Assembly (NCBI GenBank): GCA_043817075.1
Contig: JBDRHG010000004.1
Coordinates: 45,767-109,766, forward strand
Reading direction: 5' to 3'
From: an archaeon
GTDB lineage: Archaea; Nanobdellota; Nanobdellia; Woesearchaeales; JAADFO01
Length of the DNA: 64,000 bases
Every line of letters begins with the position of its first letter. The first letter of the stretch is position 1. The translations under genes and the position numbers were made by a program. Below, in pieces: positions 17,689 through 26,644 of this stretch. The notes beneath the pieces were generated by a model that was not told where the DNA came from, made no database searches, and saw only the letters and a program-made list of their open reading frames with translations.

Positions 17689-20517
17689 TCATTCAGCCAG
17701 TATCGCAGGTTTGCCAGGCAATGCCTGCTTCGCTTTGGCCTCGCTGCTCGTCTCGCCGTCTTCGATCACGACGTCGCAGGAGAATTCCTCGGCCAGGAAC
17801 ACTTTCGCCTGCTCGAGTGCGGCCAACTCCTCGACCTTGGACAGTCCGGTCTGCGGTATGCCGCCCTTGACCAATCTCGGGATGAGCTTGATGACCTGTT
17901 GGCCATGCTTCTTGAGTTCAGGATCGGCCATGACCTTGCCGATGAGGTCTTTGGGATTGCGTGTCTCTTCCATAGCTTTTCCCAGCAATGAGAAAAGGTC
18001 ATAGAGGAACCCTTGCGCGCAGAAGAGCGTGAGTTTCTTGGGCTTGTTGATCTTGGCCAGCCGCAATACCTCAGAAGAGTCTTCCATGAGTTTGGAGAGC
18101 AAATCCTCCTCTTTATCCAATCGCGGGTCGATGAGCTTCTCGTCGCTCTCCGGCCACCTCGCCTGAGACACCATCCCCTCTTTTCCCATCCGTTCCCAGG
18201 TCTCTTCGCAGAGCATGGGGGTGAAAGGCACCATCATGATGACCTGCGCCTCGATGATCTTCGAGATGATGCCGGCATCGGGCTTACCCGCGCTCCTGCG
18301 CAGGTACCATCGCATCGCCTTATTGAGGTCGAAGAACGCCTTCTGCGACGCGGTGCGGAACAATGTCTCTTCCATCGCGGCCGCGGTGTCGCGTACGGTC
18401 TCATGGAGCTTGGAGAGCATCCATTCGTCGATGCGGCGCAGCTTGCTAGCAGGTTTCGCATCGGCCTTGTAGTTCTCAGAGCAGAACTCATGCCATTGGA
18501 TGAGCTTGCTGCGTACACTGCGCGCGAACTCTGAATCCCAGTTGGGGTCGTCGAGACCTTCGCCGCCGCTCATGATGGTCAAGCGTGATGTGTCGACGCC
18601 GAACTTGTCGGCCATCTCACGCAAGAGGATCATGTTGCCTTTCGACTTGCTCATCTTCTCGCCGTCCACCGTGACCCAGCCGTTGACGCCGATGCCTTGC
18701 GGCCAGTGCTTCTCCGGGAAGAGCGCGGTGTGGTTGAAGAGGAAGAAGGTGAGATGGTTCTGGATGAGGTCCTTCCCCGAATTCCTGAAGTCCACAGGGT
18801 ACCAGTAGTCGAACTCCGCTTTCATCTCTTCTGCCTTGTCGATGGGCGCTTTGCCCTTGCCGAGCAGGATATAGTCGAACAGCTCGTCATCGACCTGCTC
18901 GATCGGGATATCCGAAATCTTGTGGGAGAATGTATAATAGGCATTGTATATCGTGCTGTCGCTCAGGCTCTCGATGAGCCATTTGTTGTCCCAAGGAAGC
19001 AGCGTCCCGAGCCCTGCCTCGCGGGTGCAGGCCCATTCATGCAGCCAGTCTATCACATATTCGAACTGCTGTCGGGCCTTCTCTGGATACAGGCGCAGAT
19101 TCTTCAGGTTCTTCTTCGTCAGTTCTTTCCACTCCGGATTGGCGTAGTCGATGAACCATTGGTCGTCCACCACCTTTACTACGCATTCAGACAGCGATCG
19201 TGCGACGACTTTCCCTTCCAGTTCATAGAACATCACAGCGTCCCCTTCCTCGGGAAGCTTCCGTTTGAGCAATTCCTGGCATTTTGGAACGGTCATGCCT
19301 GCGCATTCGCCGCAATTTTTCTTCATCACACCTTTCCGGAAGACCCTCCTGTTGAGTTCGCCTTTCGCGAGCTCGAGCTTCTCCTTGTCCTGGTCGGATT
19401 TCACCCCGAATTCCTTTCCGATATCAGTCCCCAAGTCATCGCCCATCCCAGGGACGCTGATGATGCTGATAGGCGCCAATGCGGCGACGACATCTTCGGT
19501 AAGTTTGTAGTTCTTCTGCAGGTCTTTGTTTGCCTGTATCTTATGGAGCTCGTACAGATCGACAGGATCCTCGAGAGCGGAGAACACGATACCTGAACCG
19601 ACCTTCGAGTCGATGAACCATGCAGGGAGGACATAGATCTCATTGTCGATCAGCGGACCTTTGACCCACTTGCCTATCAGCTCCTCGGGCGTGATGGTCC
19701 CGATCACTTTCGGTTCCGCGAATTGGTTCTTTATCTTGTCCACTGCAGCCCTTCCGACCACCCATTTCTCATCTCCGACCTCGACGATGACGTAGTCACC
19801 TTCTGGATCGATCCATAGGTTCGATTGTCCGTAGAACGCGTCAGGTCTGGTGGTGCCTGCCATCAGGATCAGGTCTGAGTCCCGCATGCGGAACTTCCCC
19901 CAGATGAAATCCTTGGTGGTGACCCCTTCCCCTTCGACCCTATCGTGGTCGCCTACAGGACATCCTTCTTTTGGGTCCCACACGACTGGGAATTTACCTT
20001 TGATGACATAGTTGCCTTCTCTTAGCTTGCGGAATTGCCACTCGATGAACTTATTATACTGGGGATTGAGTGATGTGGTGATGAATTGCCTACGGAAATC
20101 GACGCCAACGCCCATGCGGCGATAGTCCTTCTCCGCCTCCTTGGGGAAGAACTCGGTCCAATATTCGGGCTCGGCGAACTTCTTGATCTCGTCGTCCGAG
20201 AAACCCTGCTTCTTCATGCTCTCCCATTGCTTGGGCTCATCCTTCTTGATGCGGTCAGCCGCGGCCTGGATGGGCGAGCCGGTGCAATGCCAGCCCTGCG
20301 GGAAGAGCACATTGTGGCCGGTGAGACGCTTGAACCGGGTGAACGCTTCCACCCTCATGAGGGTGTAGAAGTGTCCGATGTGGAGGAATCCGTTCATATA
20401 GGGGTAGGGGAACGTCGCGAAGAACTTCTTCTTGCCTTTCTCAGGCGTGGCCTCGAAGATCCTCTTCTCGTTCCAGCGCATCTCCCATTTCTTCTCGATT
20501 GCAGGAAAGTCGATCAT
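17689..20517 (-). CDS. leuS: leucyl-tRNA synthetase, archaeal type
   Basis: 942 aa with a HIGH motif (PYPYMNGFLHIGH), a KMSKS motif (GEKMSKSKGN), a CP1 editing-domain-sized insertion and an archaeal-type C-terminal extension. Confidence 0.95.
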   Translation of the reverse strand: MIDFPAIEKKWEMRWNEKRIFEATPEKGKKKFFATFPYPYMNGFLHIGHFYTLMRVEAFTRFKRLTGHNVLFPQGWHCTGSPIQAAADRIKKDEPKQWESMKKQGFSDDEIKKFAEPEYWTEFFPKEAEKDYRRMGVGVDFRRQFITTSLNPQYNKFIEWQFRKLREGNYVIKGKFPVVWDPKEGCPVGDHDRVEGEGVTTKDFIWGKFRMRDSDLILMAGTTRPDAFYGQSNLWIDPEGDYVIVEVGDEKWVVGRAAVDKIKNQFAEPKVIGTITPEELIGKWVKGPLIDNEIYVLPAWFIDSKVGSGIVFSALEDPVDLYELHKIQANKDLQKNYKLTEDVVAALAPISIISVPGMGDDLGTDIGKEFGVKSDQDKEKLELAKGELNRRVFRKGVMKKNCGECAGMTVPKCQELLKRKLPEEGDAVMFYELEGKVVARSLSECVVKVVDDQWFIDYANPEWKELTKKNLKNLRLYPEKARQQFEYVIDWLHEWACTREAGLGTLLPWDNKWLIESLSDSTIYNAYYTFSHKISDIPIEQVDDELFDYILLGKGKAPIDKAEEMKAEFDYWYPVDFRNSGKDLIQNHLTFFLFNHTALFPEKHWPQGIGVNGWVTVDGEKMSKSKGNMILLREMADKFGVDTSRLTIMSGGEGLDDPNWDSEFARSVRSKLIQWHEFCSENYKADAKPASKLRRIDEWMLSKLHETVRDTAAAMEETLFRTASQKAFFDLNKAMRWYLRRSAGKPDAGIISKIIEAQVIMMVPFTPMLCEETWERMGKEGMVSQARWPESDEKLIDPRLDKEEDLLSKLMEDSSEVLRLAKINKPKKLTLFCAQGFLYDLFSLLGKAMEETRNPKDLIGKVMADPELKKHGQQVIKLIPRLVKGGIPQTGLSKVEELAALEQAKVFLAEEFSCDVVIEDGETSSEAKAKQALPGKPAILAE

Positions 20518-20615
20518 TTTGAGGGATGAATCGTCCGGGATTTATAAGCGTTATTGGCGTGGGCATAGTTACTCTAAACAGAAAATTTATTACTGAGTAG
20601 GGATTATCTAGTGCC

Positions 20616-21284
20616 ATGTTCCCAGACATCACTGATATCATCACCCTCCTCAAGGCGCACCAGGAGGGCGAATACAAGGATTCCTTGGAATTCACGATAC
20701 TCAACGGATTCGTTAAGGATACGGATGTCTCGGATGATGAAGCCGCAGAGTTCACAACCGAACACAAAATTTTTACCGATGCGTCAGAAGCGAAAGATGC
20801 GCTTGCTGGGTATGCTCTCGGAAGCGATTATAACACCTATCGCATATCCATTTCATCGGGAGAGGTCTCGGGCGCCATCAATGGACTATACGATGAGCAT
20901 CAAGAACTCATCACCTACCTTCAAGCTGCGCTTCCCTATTCTGTCGAGGGAGGCGGGCTGCTTCCTCTGCTAGAACAGTATGTGAGTCGCGGAAGGCTCG
21001 GGGTCCTAAAATTCTTCACTGTCCATGCTGATGTGGATGAGCCGGCATTGTTTGCCAAGTCACCAGCTGCCAACAGCCTGTACAAAGAGAAATCCAAAGA
21101 AAAGACCACGACGATGTACGAACATATTCTCAATGTGGAACTGGAAAAATGGGAGGACGTTGCCTCGAAGACCAAGGGGCCGGATAAAAAAGAGGAACGT
21201 CAGGACATCACGACTAGTCTTCCCGTCTACGACAAGAATCTCCAGGACGCGCTCTGGACCATGAAGCCGCTCTTCAAGTCGTAG
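20616..21284 (+). CDS. hypothetical acidic protein
   Basis: 222-aa ORF starting at ATG with protein-like composition. No motif recognised. Confidence 0.45.
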   Translation: MFPDITDIITLLKAHQEGEYKDSLEFTILNGFVKDTDVSDDEAAEFTTEHKIFTDASEAKDALAGYALGSDYNTYRISISSGEVSGAINGLYDEHQELITYLQAALPYSVEGGGLLPLLEQYVSRGRLGVLKFFTVHADVDEPALFAKSPAANSLYKEKSKEKTTTMYEHILNVELEKWEDVASKTKGPDKKEERQDITTSLPVYDKNLQDALWTMKPLFKS

Positions 21285-21304
21285 ATATCAAATTAGAGAA
21301 AAAA

Positions 21305-21508
21305 CTAGAACTTCTTGAAAGGCGCCGCATCGTCGAGTAGGTCGACCTGCCCCAGGAACATTCCTCTGCAGCAATAACGTTCCAGCCCGAGCTCGTCGAG
21401 TACTTTCTTGGGATCCTCGCTCTTCTCGGTTCGCTCCTTGAAGTCTTCCCAGAGGTGCGCTATCGGCTTTCCGCATGAGAAACATCGGACTGGAATGATC
21501 ATGGTCAT
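21305..21508 (-). CDS. rpoN: DNA-directed RNA polymerase subunit N (Rpb10 homologue)
   Basis: M(TM)[20 protein letters not shown]...[19 protein letters not shown] is the canonical RpoN zinc-bundle sequence. The 136-aa ORF-track extension runs into rps9 and is rejected. The start is ATG 21508 or 21502. Confidence 0.9.
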   Translation of the reverse strand: MTMIIPVRCFSCGKPIAHLWEDFKERTEKSEDPKKVLDELGLERYCCRGMFLGQVDLLDDAAPFKKF

Positions 21509-21509
21509 T

Positions 21510-21911
21510 TCACCTGTACGATTTCTGTCGTTTTGCCCTGGCCTTTCCGTGCCTGTTGGGCTTGGAGACCTCCTTGCGTCGCACGTCGGCGACGAGCAGT
21601 TGGCGGTCGTAATCGAGATATGTGGTCTCCAGCTTCTTATCGTTGGAGAATTGCACGATGGCGCGTGCGATGGCCAGCCTTGCAGCGTCTGCCTGGCTGG
21701 TGATGCCTCCGCCAATGACGGATACGGAGATGGACATCTTTTTGACTATGTCACCTGCGAGCAGGATGGGCTCGCGGATCCGCATGCGGGAGAGTCTGGG
21801 CTGGATGTTGTCGAGCAGCATGCGATTGATTCTCACTGTGCCCTTGCCGGGCTTGATCGTGGCGCGAGCGATCGCGCGCTTCCTCTTGCCGGAAACATGG
21901 ATGACTTTCAT
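21510..21911 (-). CDS. rps9: 30S ribosomal protein S9 (uS9)
   Basis: [19 protein letters not shown].. and the C-terminal ..[22 protein letters not shown] signature. Operon position is after L13. Confidence 0.93.
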   Translation of the reverse strand: MKVIHVSGKRKRAIARATIKPGKGTVRINRMLLDNIQPRLSRMRIREPILLAGDIVKKMSISVSVIGGGITSQADAARLAIARAIVQFSNDKKLETTYLDYDRQLLVADVRRKEVSKPNRHGKARAKRQKSYR

Positions 21912-22333
21912 AAGGATCCTCCCATCTCCTTGCAGATGGTGTTTACTGTGACGAAGCCTATGGATAGGTTCTTGGCATGCGCATTCTCTAGACTGATGAT
22001 GCTCTTGCCTTCGAACTCCTTAGGGATGCCTCGGTAGCACTTGATTCGGTCGAGCGCGACACGGCCTTTGGCTTGTTTATAGGGAAGCATGCCGCGGATG
22101 GCCCGCTTGACGAAGCGTTCAGGCTGGCGTCGGAAGAACGGACCCTTCCTCATGCTGCCTTTCTCGCTATGCTCTCGGTAGTGGGTGAGCACCTGCTTCT
22201 TGCTGCCGGTGATGATGGCCTTGCCAGCGTTGACGATGGCAACTTCCTCACCGAGGAGTGCCTTCTTGGCCGTCACTGTAGCAAGCCGTCCAAGCACCAG
22301 GTCTGTCGCGTCTATGATGATCATTTTGTTCAA
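21908..22333 (-). CDS. rpl13: 50S ribosomal protein L13 (uL13)
   Basis: IIDATDLVLGRLATVTAKKALLGEEVAIVNAGKAIITG.. and RAIRGMLPYK..GR.AL.R.K.Y.G.P. 4-nt overlaps with neighbouring genes. Confidence 0.93.
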   Translation of the reverse strand: MNKMIIIDATDLVLGRLATVTAKKALLGEEVAIVNAGKAIITGSKKQVLTHYREHSEKGSMRKGPFFRRQPERFVKRAIRGMLPYKQAKGRVALDRIKCYRGIPKEFEGKSIISLENAHAKNLSIGFVTVNTICKEMGGSL

Positions 22334-22680
22334 CCGATGATTCTGACATTCTTCCCCTTGGGGTTCTTCTGCATGAGCTCTTCGATGGTCAGGAAATTGT
22401 CCTTGCCCACCTTCTCCTTGGCAGATGAGGAGATTGAAAATGCGGCGATGGTCACCTTGCGCGAGAGCTCGCCTGTCCCCAGCACTTTACCCGGAACCAC
22501 GACTGACTCATTCTCCTTGGCATGATGCGAGATACGCGAGAGGTTAACGGCACGCCTATTGCGGTTCGGCTTCTCCAAATCGCTGGCTATCCGTTTCCAT
22601 ACGGCGACCTTCTCCTTCTGGGAGAGGGTCTTGAGCTCCTTTATGAGGCTCTGCAGCCTCGGGTTGCTTGGGTGTCTCAT
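22330..22680 (-). CDS. rpl18e: 50S ribosomal protein L18e
   Basis: MRHPSNPRLQSLIKELK...KVAVWKRIASDLEKPNRNRRAVNLSRI....VVVPGKVLGTGEL..KVTIAAFSISSSAKEKV matches the L18e family. The ORF-track 5' extension (to 22791) overlaps the tRNA and is rejected. Confidence 0.88.
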   Translation of the reverse strand: MRHPSNPRLQSLIKELKTLSQKEKVAVWKRIASDLEKPNRNRRAVNLSRISHHAKENESVVVPGKVLGTGELSRKVTIAAFSISSSAKEKVGKDNFLTIEELMQKNPKGKNVRIIG

Positions 22681-22762
22681 GTTACTTTCCTTTGTTGTCG
22701 GGTCGGCATAGCCTCTGGCGCAAACGGTCGCGTGTCGGTATCGTCCCGCCTTTGAAAAAGGC

Positions 22763-22848
22763 TGCGGGGGACGAGATTCGAACTCGCGCACCCACTAAGG
22801 GACAAGGCCCTCAACCTTGCGCATTTGACCAGGCTCTGCCACCCCCGC
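22763..22848 (-). tRNA. tRNA-Leu (anticodon GAG), long variable arm, no encoded CCA
   Basis: Reverse complement GCGGGGGTGGCAGAGCCTGGTCAAATGCGCAAGGTTGAGGGCCTTGTCCCTTAGTGGGTGCGCGAGTTCGAATCTCGTCCCCCGCA folds as a cloverleaf. It has a 7-bp acceptor stem (GCGGGGG/CCCCCGC), an anticodon stem CAAGG/CCTTG with loop TTGAGGG, a class II variable arm and a GTTCGAATC T-loop. Confidence 0.9.
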
Positions 22849-22875
22849 AGTGAACGGGATGGGGCTCAGGGGCAC

Positions 22876-23667
22876 TTAAACGTCGATGGCCTTCTGGAAG
22901 GCATCGAGCTGTTCGTCGAACACTTCCGTCGCGATGACCGCGATGGACTTGACGTCGAGCGAACCCCAGGACTCCATGGAAAAGATGAAGCTGTTCTCGT
23001 CGTACTCCACCTTGACCATGTTGTCACAGATCCCGTCGACGGCGTCGACGAGATCGTTATCGATGATCAGGTTCTTGTCAATCTTGCCGGACTTGTCGAA
23101 GACCGCGGACGGATACTTGTCCTTGTTCTTCTCGAAATCCTTGCTCTTGTTGTTGACGGTGATTGCCGGGCGGTAGGTATAAGTGAACAGGCCGGGGCTC
23201 CACTTGGTGTGGGTCTTTCCTCTGCCCAGCACCGCGGTGGCCTCGAATTCGAGTTCTTGCACCTCGCTACCATGCTTGATGAGTTTTACGATGGGTGTCT
23301 TGGGATGGAACGGCTTGATCTTCGGGTCCTTGCTGGATAGGTCCTCGGCGCATATGGTGCCGGGGCCTTTGGCCTTGAGGGTGAGCTTGACCGAGTTCTT
23401 GGCCGATAGTTCCTCATCGGGATTCTCAGGGGGCAGCTCATAGCCTTTGAGATCGGTTGTCAGCACGAGGAGGCCGAGACGGTGCGCGACCATCTCGTCA
23501 TAGAGCAGCGATGAATTCTTGCGGAACTCCACGGTCTCGATGGCCATGGTCGGGACTTCGTCCATCATGTACCTACGGATGGCGTTAATGTACTGAGGCG
23601 TGACTCCCTTGACGAGCAATCGCGCTTTGGTCTTCTCCTTGTTCTTCTCTAGGAGCTTGGTTTCCAT
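22876..23667 (-). CDS. rpoD: DNA-directed RNA polymerase subunit D (Rpb3/alpha-like)
   Basis: METKLLEKN..ARLLVKGVTPQYINAIRRYMMDEVPTMAIETVEF..N.S.LYDEMVAHRLGL is the typical RpoD N-terminus. Operon position is after S11. ATG 23667 is preferred because the track's extension overlaps rps11. Confidence 0.88.
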   Translation of the reverse strand: METKLLEKNKEKTKARLLVKGVTPQYINAIRRYMMDEVPTMAIETVEFRKNSSLLYDEMVAHRLGLLVLTTDLKGYELPPENPDEELSAKNSVKLTLKAKGPGTICAEDLSSKDPKIKPFHPKTPIVKLIKHGSEVQELEFEATAVLGRGKTHTKWSPGLFTYTYRPAITVNNKSKDFEKNKDKYPSAVFDKSGKIDKNLIIDNDLVDAVDGICDNMVKVEYDENSFIFSMESWGSLDVKSIAVIATEVFDEQLDAFQKAIDV

Positions 23668-23669
23668 GT

Positions 23670-24119
23670 CTACACCCTTCTTCCGCGCTTGCCGCCTTTC
23701 TTCCTGCACCCATCATGCGGGACAGGCGTGACATCCTCGATGATGCCTATGCGCAGTCCCATCCTGGACAACGCACGGATTGCCGCTTGCGCACCGGGTC
23801 CGGGATTATTCGGACCGTTGTGGCCGCCAGGGGCTCTGATTTTGACGTGGATACCGTTGACACCCCCCTCGTATGCCTGTTCAGCCGCTTTCTTTGCAGC
23901 TGCCATGGCCGCGGTCGGTGAGCTTTCCATTCGATCGCTCTTGACGACCTGGCCTCCGCTAGTCCTAGCGATGGTCTGGGTGCCGGTGATATCTGTGACA
24001 TGGATGATAGTATTATTATACGAGGAAAAGATGTGGGCGACGCCCCATCTGATGCTACCTCCTCTTGATCGGGGTTCTTGGGCGGGCGGACCTGCCGAAT
24101 CTCTTTCCGGACTTGCCAT
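23670..24119 (-). CDS. rps11: 30S ribosomal protein S11 (uS11)
   Basis: ..[49 protein letters not shown]....E.G...HVKIRAPGG...[36 protein letters not shown]. The first in-frame ATG is 24119, giving a 65-nt overlap with rps4. Confidence 0.85.
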   Translation of the reverse strand: MASPERDSAGPPAQEPRSRGGSIRWGVAHIFSSYNNTIIHVTDITGTQTIARTSGGQVVKSDRMESSPTAAMAAAKKAAEQAYEGGVNGIHVKIRAPGGHNGPNNPGPGAQAAIRALSRMGLRIGIIEDVTPVPHDGCRKKGGKRGRRV

Positions 24120-24678
24120 ATTGGTTCCTCTCGTCAATATTCTTTCTCTTCTTCTCTTTCTTCTCGATAGGGACGCGCTCTGGATGCTCGTCGTTTGAAA
24201 GCGTGGACTTGGCCACGAACGCGACATGCTTCTCCTCTTCCTTGGTCACAAGGTAGGATGGCATGGTGATCTTCTTGTCTGCCACGATGACGTGGCGGTG
24301 GATGATGAACTGTCTTGCTTGTCCTGCCGATCGGCATAATCCTTTCCGGAAGAGCACGGTCTGCAGGCGTCGTTCCATGATGGCATTGACCTTGAGACCT
24401 AGGATGTCGTCGAGGGTCACAACGCCTTCGATGATGCCCAGTCGCTGGACGCGTTCGAGGAGTTGCTTGCGCTCGAGTTCTGCCTGCTTGCCGATGGCAG
24501 CGTTGTAAACCTTGGCTTGACCCTTCAATCCCTTGAGGATGGACTTCATCTTCATGATCTCTTTCTTGTTCTTCAGGCCGTACTCGGACTTGAGCTCTTT
24601 CTCTTCCTCGATGCGGTCACCCTCCCAGGGGTGCTTCGGGGTCTCATACTTTTTCTTCGCTTTCTTGGGGTCGCCCAT
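24055..24678 (-). CDS. rps4: 30S ribosomal protein S4 (uS4) with an extended basic C-terminal tail
   Basis: [28 protein letters not shown]...YGLKNKKE and an S4 RNA-binding domain ([27 protein letters not shown]). The tail [35 protein letters not shown] overlaps the rps11 start. Confidence 0.88.
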   Translation of the reverse strand: MGDPKKAKKKYETPKHPWEGDRIEEEKELKSEYGLKNKKEIMKMKSILKGLKGQAKVYNAAIGKQAELERKQLLERVQRLGIIEGVVTLDDILGLKVNAIMERRLQTVLFRKGLCRSAGQARQFIIHRHVIVADKKITMPSYLVTKEEEKHVAFVAKSTLSNDEHPERVPIEKKEKKRKNIDERNQYGKSGKRFGRSARPRTPIKRR

Positions 24679-24690
24679 TGTCCATTACCT

Positions 24691-25179
24691 TTACTTCTTG
24701 ACGTCCTTCTTCTTGGAGACGCCGAGTGTGGTCTTGCCTTTGTTCCTGCGGAAGTTGGACTTCGTGCGCTGTCCGCGCAACGGCAGTCCCCATGCATGTC
24801 GCATGCCGCGATTGGTCTTGATCTTCTTGAGTCTCTTGATGTCGTTGTCCTTGGTGAATCGCAGGTCGGCGGAAAGGAGATGCCCGTCCTCGCCGGTCTC
24901 GTAATCTTTGCGTCGGTTCATCATCCATGTGGGGATGTTGAACTTCTTAGGATCCTGTAGAACAGAGTTGAGAAGCTCGACCTCTTCGTTGGCCAGCAAG
25001 CCCGCCTTTTTTGCGGGGTCGACTTTTGCGATCGCGAGGACCGCGTTTGCGTACATCAGGCCGATGCCTTTGATCTTGCGCATCGCATACAGCACAGCTT
25101 TTTTGCCTTCGAGATCTGTATTTGCTACGCGGATGATGTATTTGATTTCGCCTTGCGGATTGTTCTTGTCCATGGTCAA
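24691..25179 (-). CDS. rps13: 30S ribosomal protein S13 (uS13)
   Basis: IIRVANTDLEGKKAVLYAMRKIKGIGLMYANAVL...GL...E...L and the C-terminal RGMRHAWGLPLRGQRTKSN.R. First gene of the conserved S13-S4-S11-RpoD cluster. Confidence 0.93.
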   Translation of the reverse strand: MTMDKNNPQGEIKYIIRVANTDLEGKKAVLYAMRKIKGIGLMYANAVLAIAKVDPAKKAGLLANEEVELLNSVLQDPKKFNIPTWMMNRRKDYETGEDGHLLSADLRFTKDNDIKRLKKIKTNRGMRHAWGLPLRGQRTKSNFRRNKGKTTLGVSKKKDVKK

Positions 25180-25697
25180 TCACGTCTTGGCAGCAGATAG
25201 CCCAGAAATCGCTCGAAGGTCGAATTCGGCCCTGGAATCGCTCACTGGGAACTCGGGCTGCCGATGATGGTATGTGGGTGAACCTCCGCCCCTTTAAAAA
25301 GGTTTCCTTTCTGTTTTTTTCCATCGGCTTCGGAACATACAATTATATAGGGGGTTTTCAACCTATCACTTGGTGGGGCAGAAGATATGTGGTTTTAGTG
25401 CCTAATGATCATTTTTTTCTCCATTATGCGAATGAATTGGTCATCTCTCAGTTGGTCCCAATGAGGAGAATTTCTCATGGTATTAACGAGGGAAATGCTC
25501 TTTTTCGTCGTTCCTCCGGCAGAGTGAATAGGTAAATAATCGAAAAGTATTTAAACAAGTACTCGCAGAAATAGAGATTGGTTATCCGCCCCAATGTACA
25601 CTTTCGTATATTGTGGGTGTGGTTTGGCTGTTGGACGGCAGTTGGATCCGCATCTTTAGGTGGTCAGATTAAAAAAGTGGTGAAAAGAGGTGTTAGT

Positions 25698-26396
25698 ATG
25701 AAGAAGGAATTACTACTGTTGGCAGTTCTGTCTGTGTTCTTGCTCTCGGCCGTTTATGTTATAGCTGCGCCGCCGGGCGGACCGACAGTGACTGCGACGA
25801 ACCTTGGCGAATACCTTATGGGGACTCCGGGAGGCGTCAATGTCGAGGCAGGAAACATCACCCAGGCCGATCTGGAGGTCAACCAGTCGACCACGCGTTG
25901 GGCAGGTCTCGTAGGTAACGTGACCGGCGACATCGTGTTGGGTGACGACAGCTACAACATCATGTATAGTTGGGGAGGCGAGGGACGATATGTCTATGCC
26001 GCCGATGCCAACTCGATTTCATGGGTTGACGTTACCGCAGCTGCGACCGGCGGAGAGGTTACGACGCAATTTACGTTCCTTTCTGACACGCCTGCACAGG
26101 ACAACTACTCCAATACATTCAATAGCACTGGTACAGTGACCTCTGATGTGCTCGGCTCCGGTTCGATCGCGACGGTCTCTCGCGCGACGACGTTCGCCAA
26201 TGATGGTTCGGACCAATGGTATACCTATGCCCTGTACGACTCCGGTGGTTCGGAGACGGTCTTCGCAGGCGAGGTCTCAGTGGACGGGACGGCTTTCAAC
26301 GGCAATGTGCACGACTACCAGATGCTGATCCCTGAGGATGGCACAGGCGCTGACTCTGCAGTCACGGCCTGGTACCTCTGGGTGGAGCTAGTATAA
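25698..26396 (+). CDS. secreted sequon-rich protein P1 (paralogue of P2), unknown family
   Basis: ATG 25698 is preceded by aaagaggtg. Signal peptide MKKELLLLAVLSVFLLSAVYVIA/APP. Five N-x-S/T sequons. It shares with P2 the blocks GN(I/V)T...RWAG, DN(Y/F)xNTFNS and an aromatic C-terminal strand (AWYLWVELV). The ORF-track start at 25578 is TTG and is rejected. Confidence 0.7.
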   Translation: MKKELLLLAVLSVFLLSAVYVIAAPPGGPTVTATNLGEYLMGTPGGVNVEAGNITQADLEVNQSTTRWAGLVGNVTGDIVLGDDSYNIMYSWGGEGRYVYAADANSISWVDVTAAATGGEVTTQFTFLSDTPAQDNYSNTFNSTGTVTSDVLGSGSIATVSRATTFANDGSDQWYTYALYDSGGSETVFAGEVSVDGTAFNGNVHDYQMLIPEDGTGADSAVTAWYLWVELV

Positions 26397-26426
26397 GGCC
26401 GCGATGGCCATTTTTTTCATTTTTTT
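26397..26426 (+). terminator. hairpin plus oligo-T terminator after P1
   Basis: ggccGCGATggcc hairpin immediately after the stop codon, followed by T7 (26411-26417) and T6 (26421-26426). Confidence 0.45.
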
Positions 26427-26506
26427 ATGATACTGCAAGCAATACCGACAAAGAAGAGAGATGCATGCGGAATAGGTGTCAGGGGTGGCGCGTATTTCAC
26501 GTTCAT

Positions 26507-26539
26507 GCATTAATCACTTTCGCATTAATCACTTTCGCA
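26507..26539. repeat. perfect tandem direct repeat, 2 x 15 bp (gcattaatcactttc) plus gca
   Basis: Copies at 26507-26521 and 26522-26536 are identical and continue into gca. They sit immediately upstream of an AT-rich TATA-like stretch (aataaattaataaagg, about 26546-26561) in the P1-P2 intergenic region. Confidence 0.85.
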
Positions 26540-26644
26540 GGAAACAATAAATTAATAAAGGAGAAGCATCCCCGGAAAAAGTGATAACAGCTTTTCGCGG
26601 TTGCGAATCTTCCTATAGCCAAGGAAAAAAGAGAGGTGAAGTGG

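Noticed and set aside
17689-20517. Intein or other insertion in LeuRS
   Set aside because: The 942-aa length and the continuous conserved blocks fit a normal archaeal LeuRS. No intein splice motifs or homing-endonuclease-like segment were noticed.
21509-21715. N-terminal extensions of short ribosomal/RNAP ORFs in the track (rpoN to 21715, rpl18e to 22791, rpoD to 23709, rps11 to 24227)
   Set aside because: The extensions run into the upstream gene or the tRNA. They are Arg/Ser/Pro-rich and precede internal ATGs that give family-typical N-termini.
22763-22848. tRNA-Leu as an integration site for a mobile element
   Set aside because: No integrase, no duplicated tRNA 3' fragment and no att-like repeat were seen nearby. 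The tRNA is embedded inside a conserved ribosomal operon.
25272-25535. 87-aa ORF in the 520-bp gap between rps13 and P1
   Set aside because: It lies in AT-rich intergenic sequence, with no start context or motif, and its translation has an odd aromatic-rich composition. I also saw no convincing RNA structure there.
26507-26539. Possible CRISPR array (also scanned the whole window for spaced repeats)
   Set aside because: Only two contiguous 15-bp copies without spacers. No other regularly spaced direct repeats and no cas genes were seen anywhere in the window.
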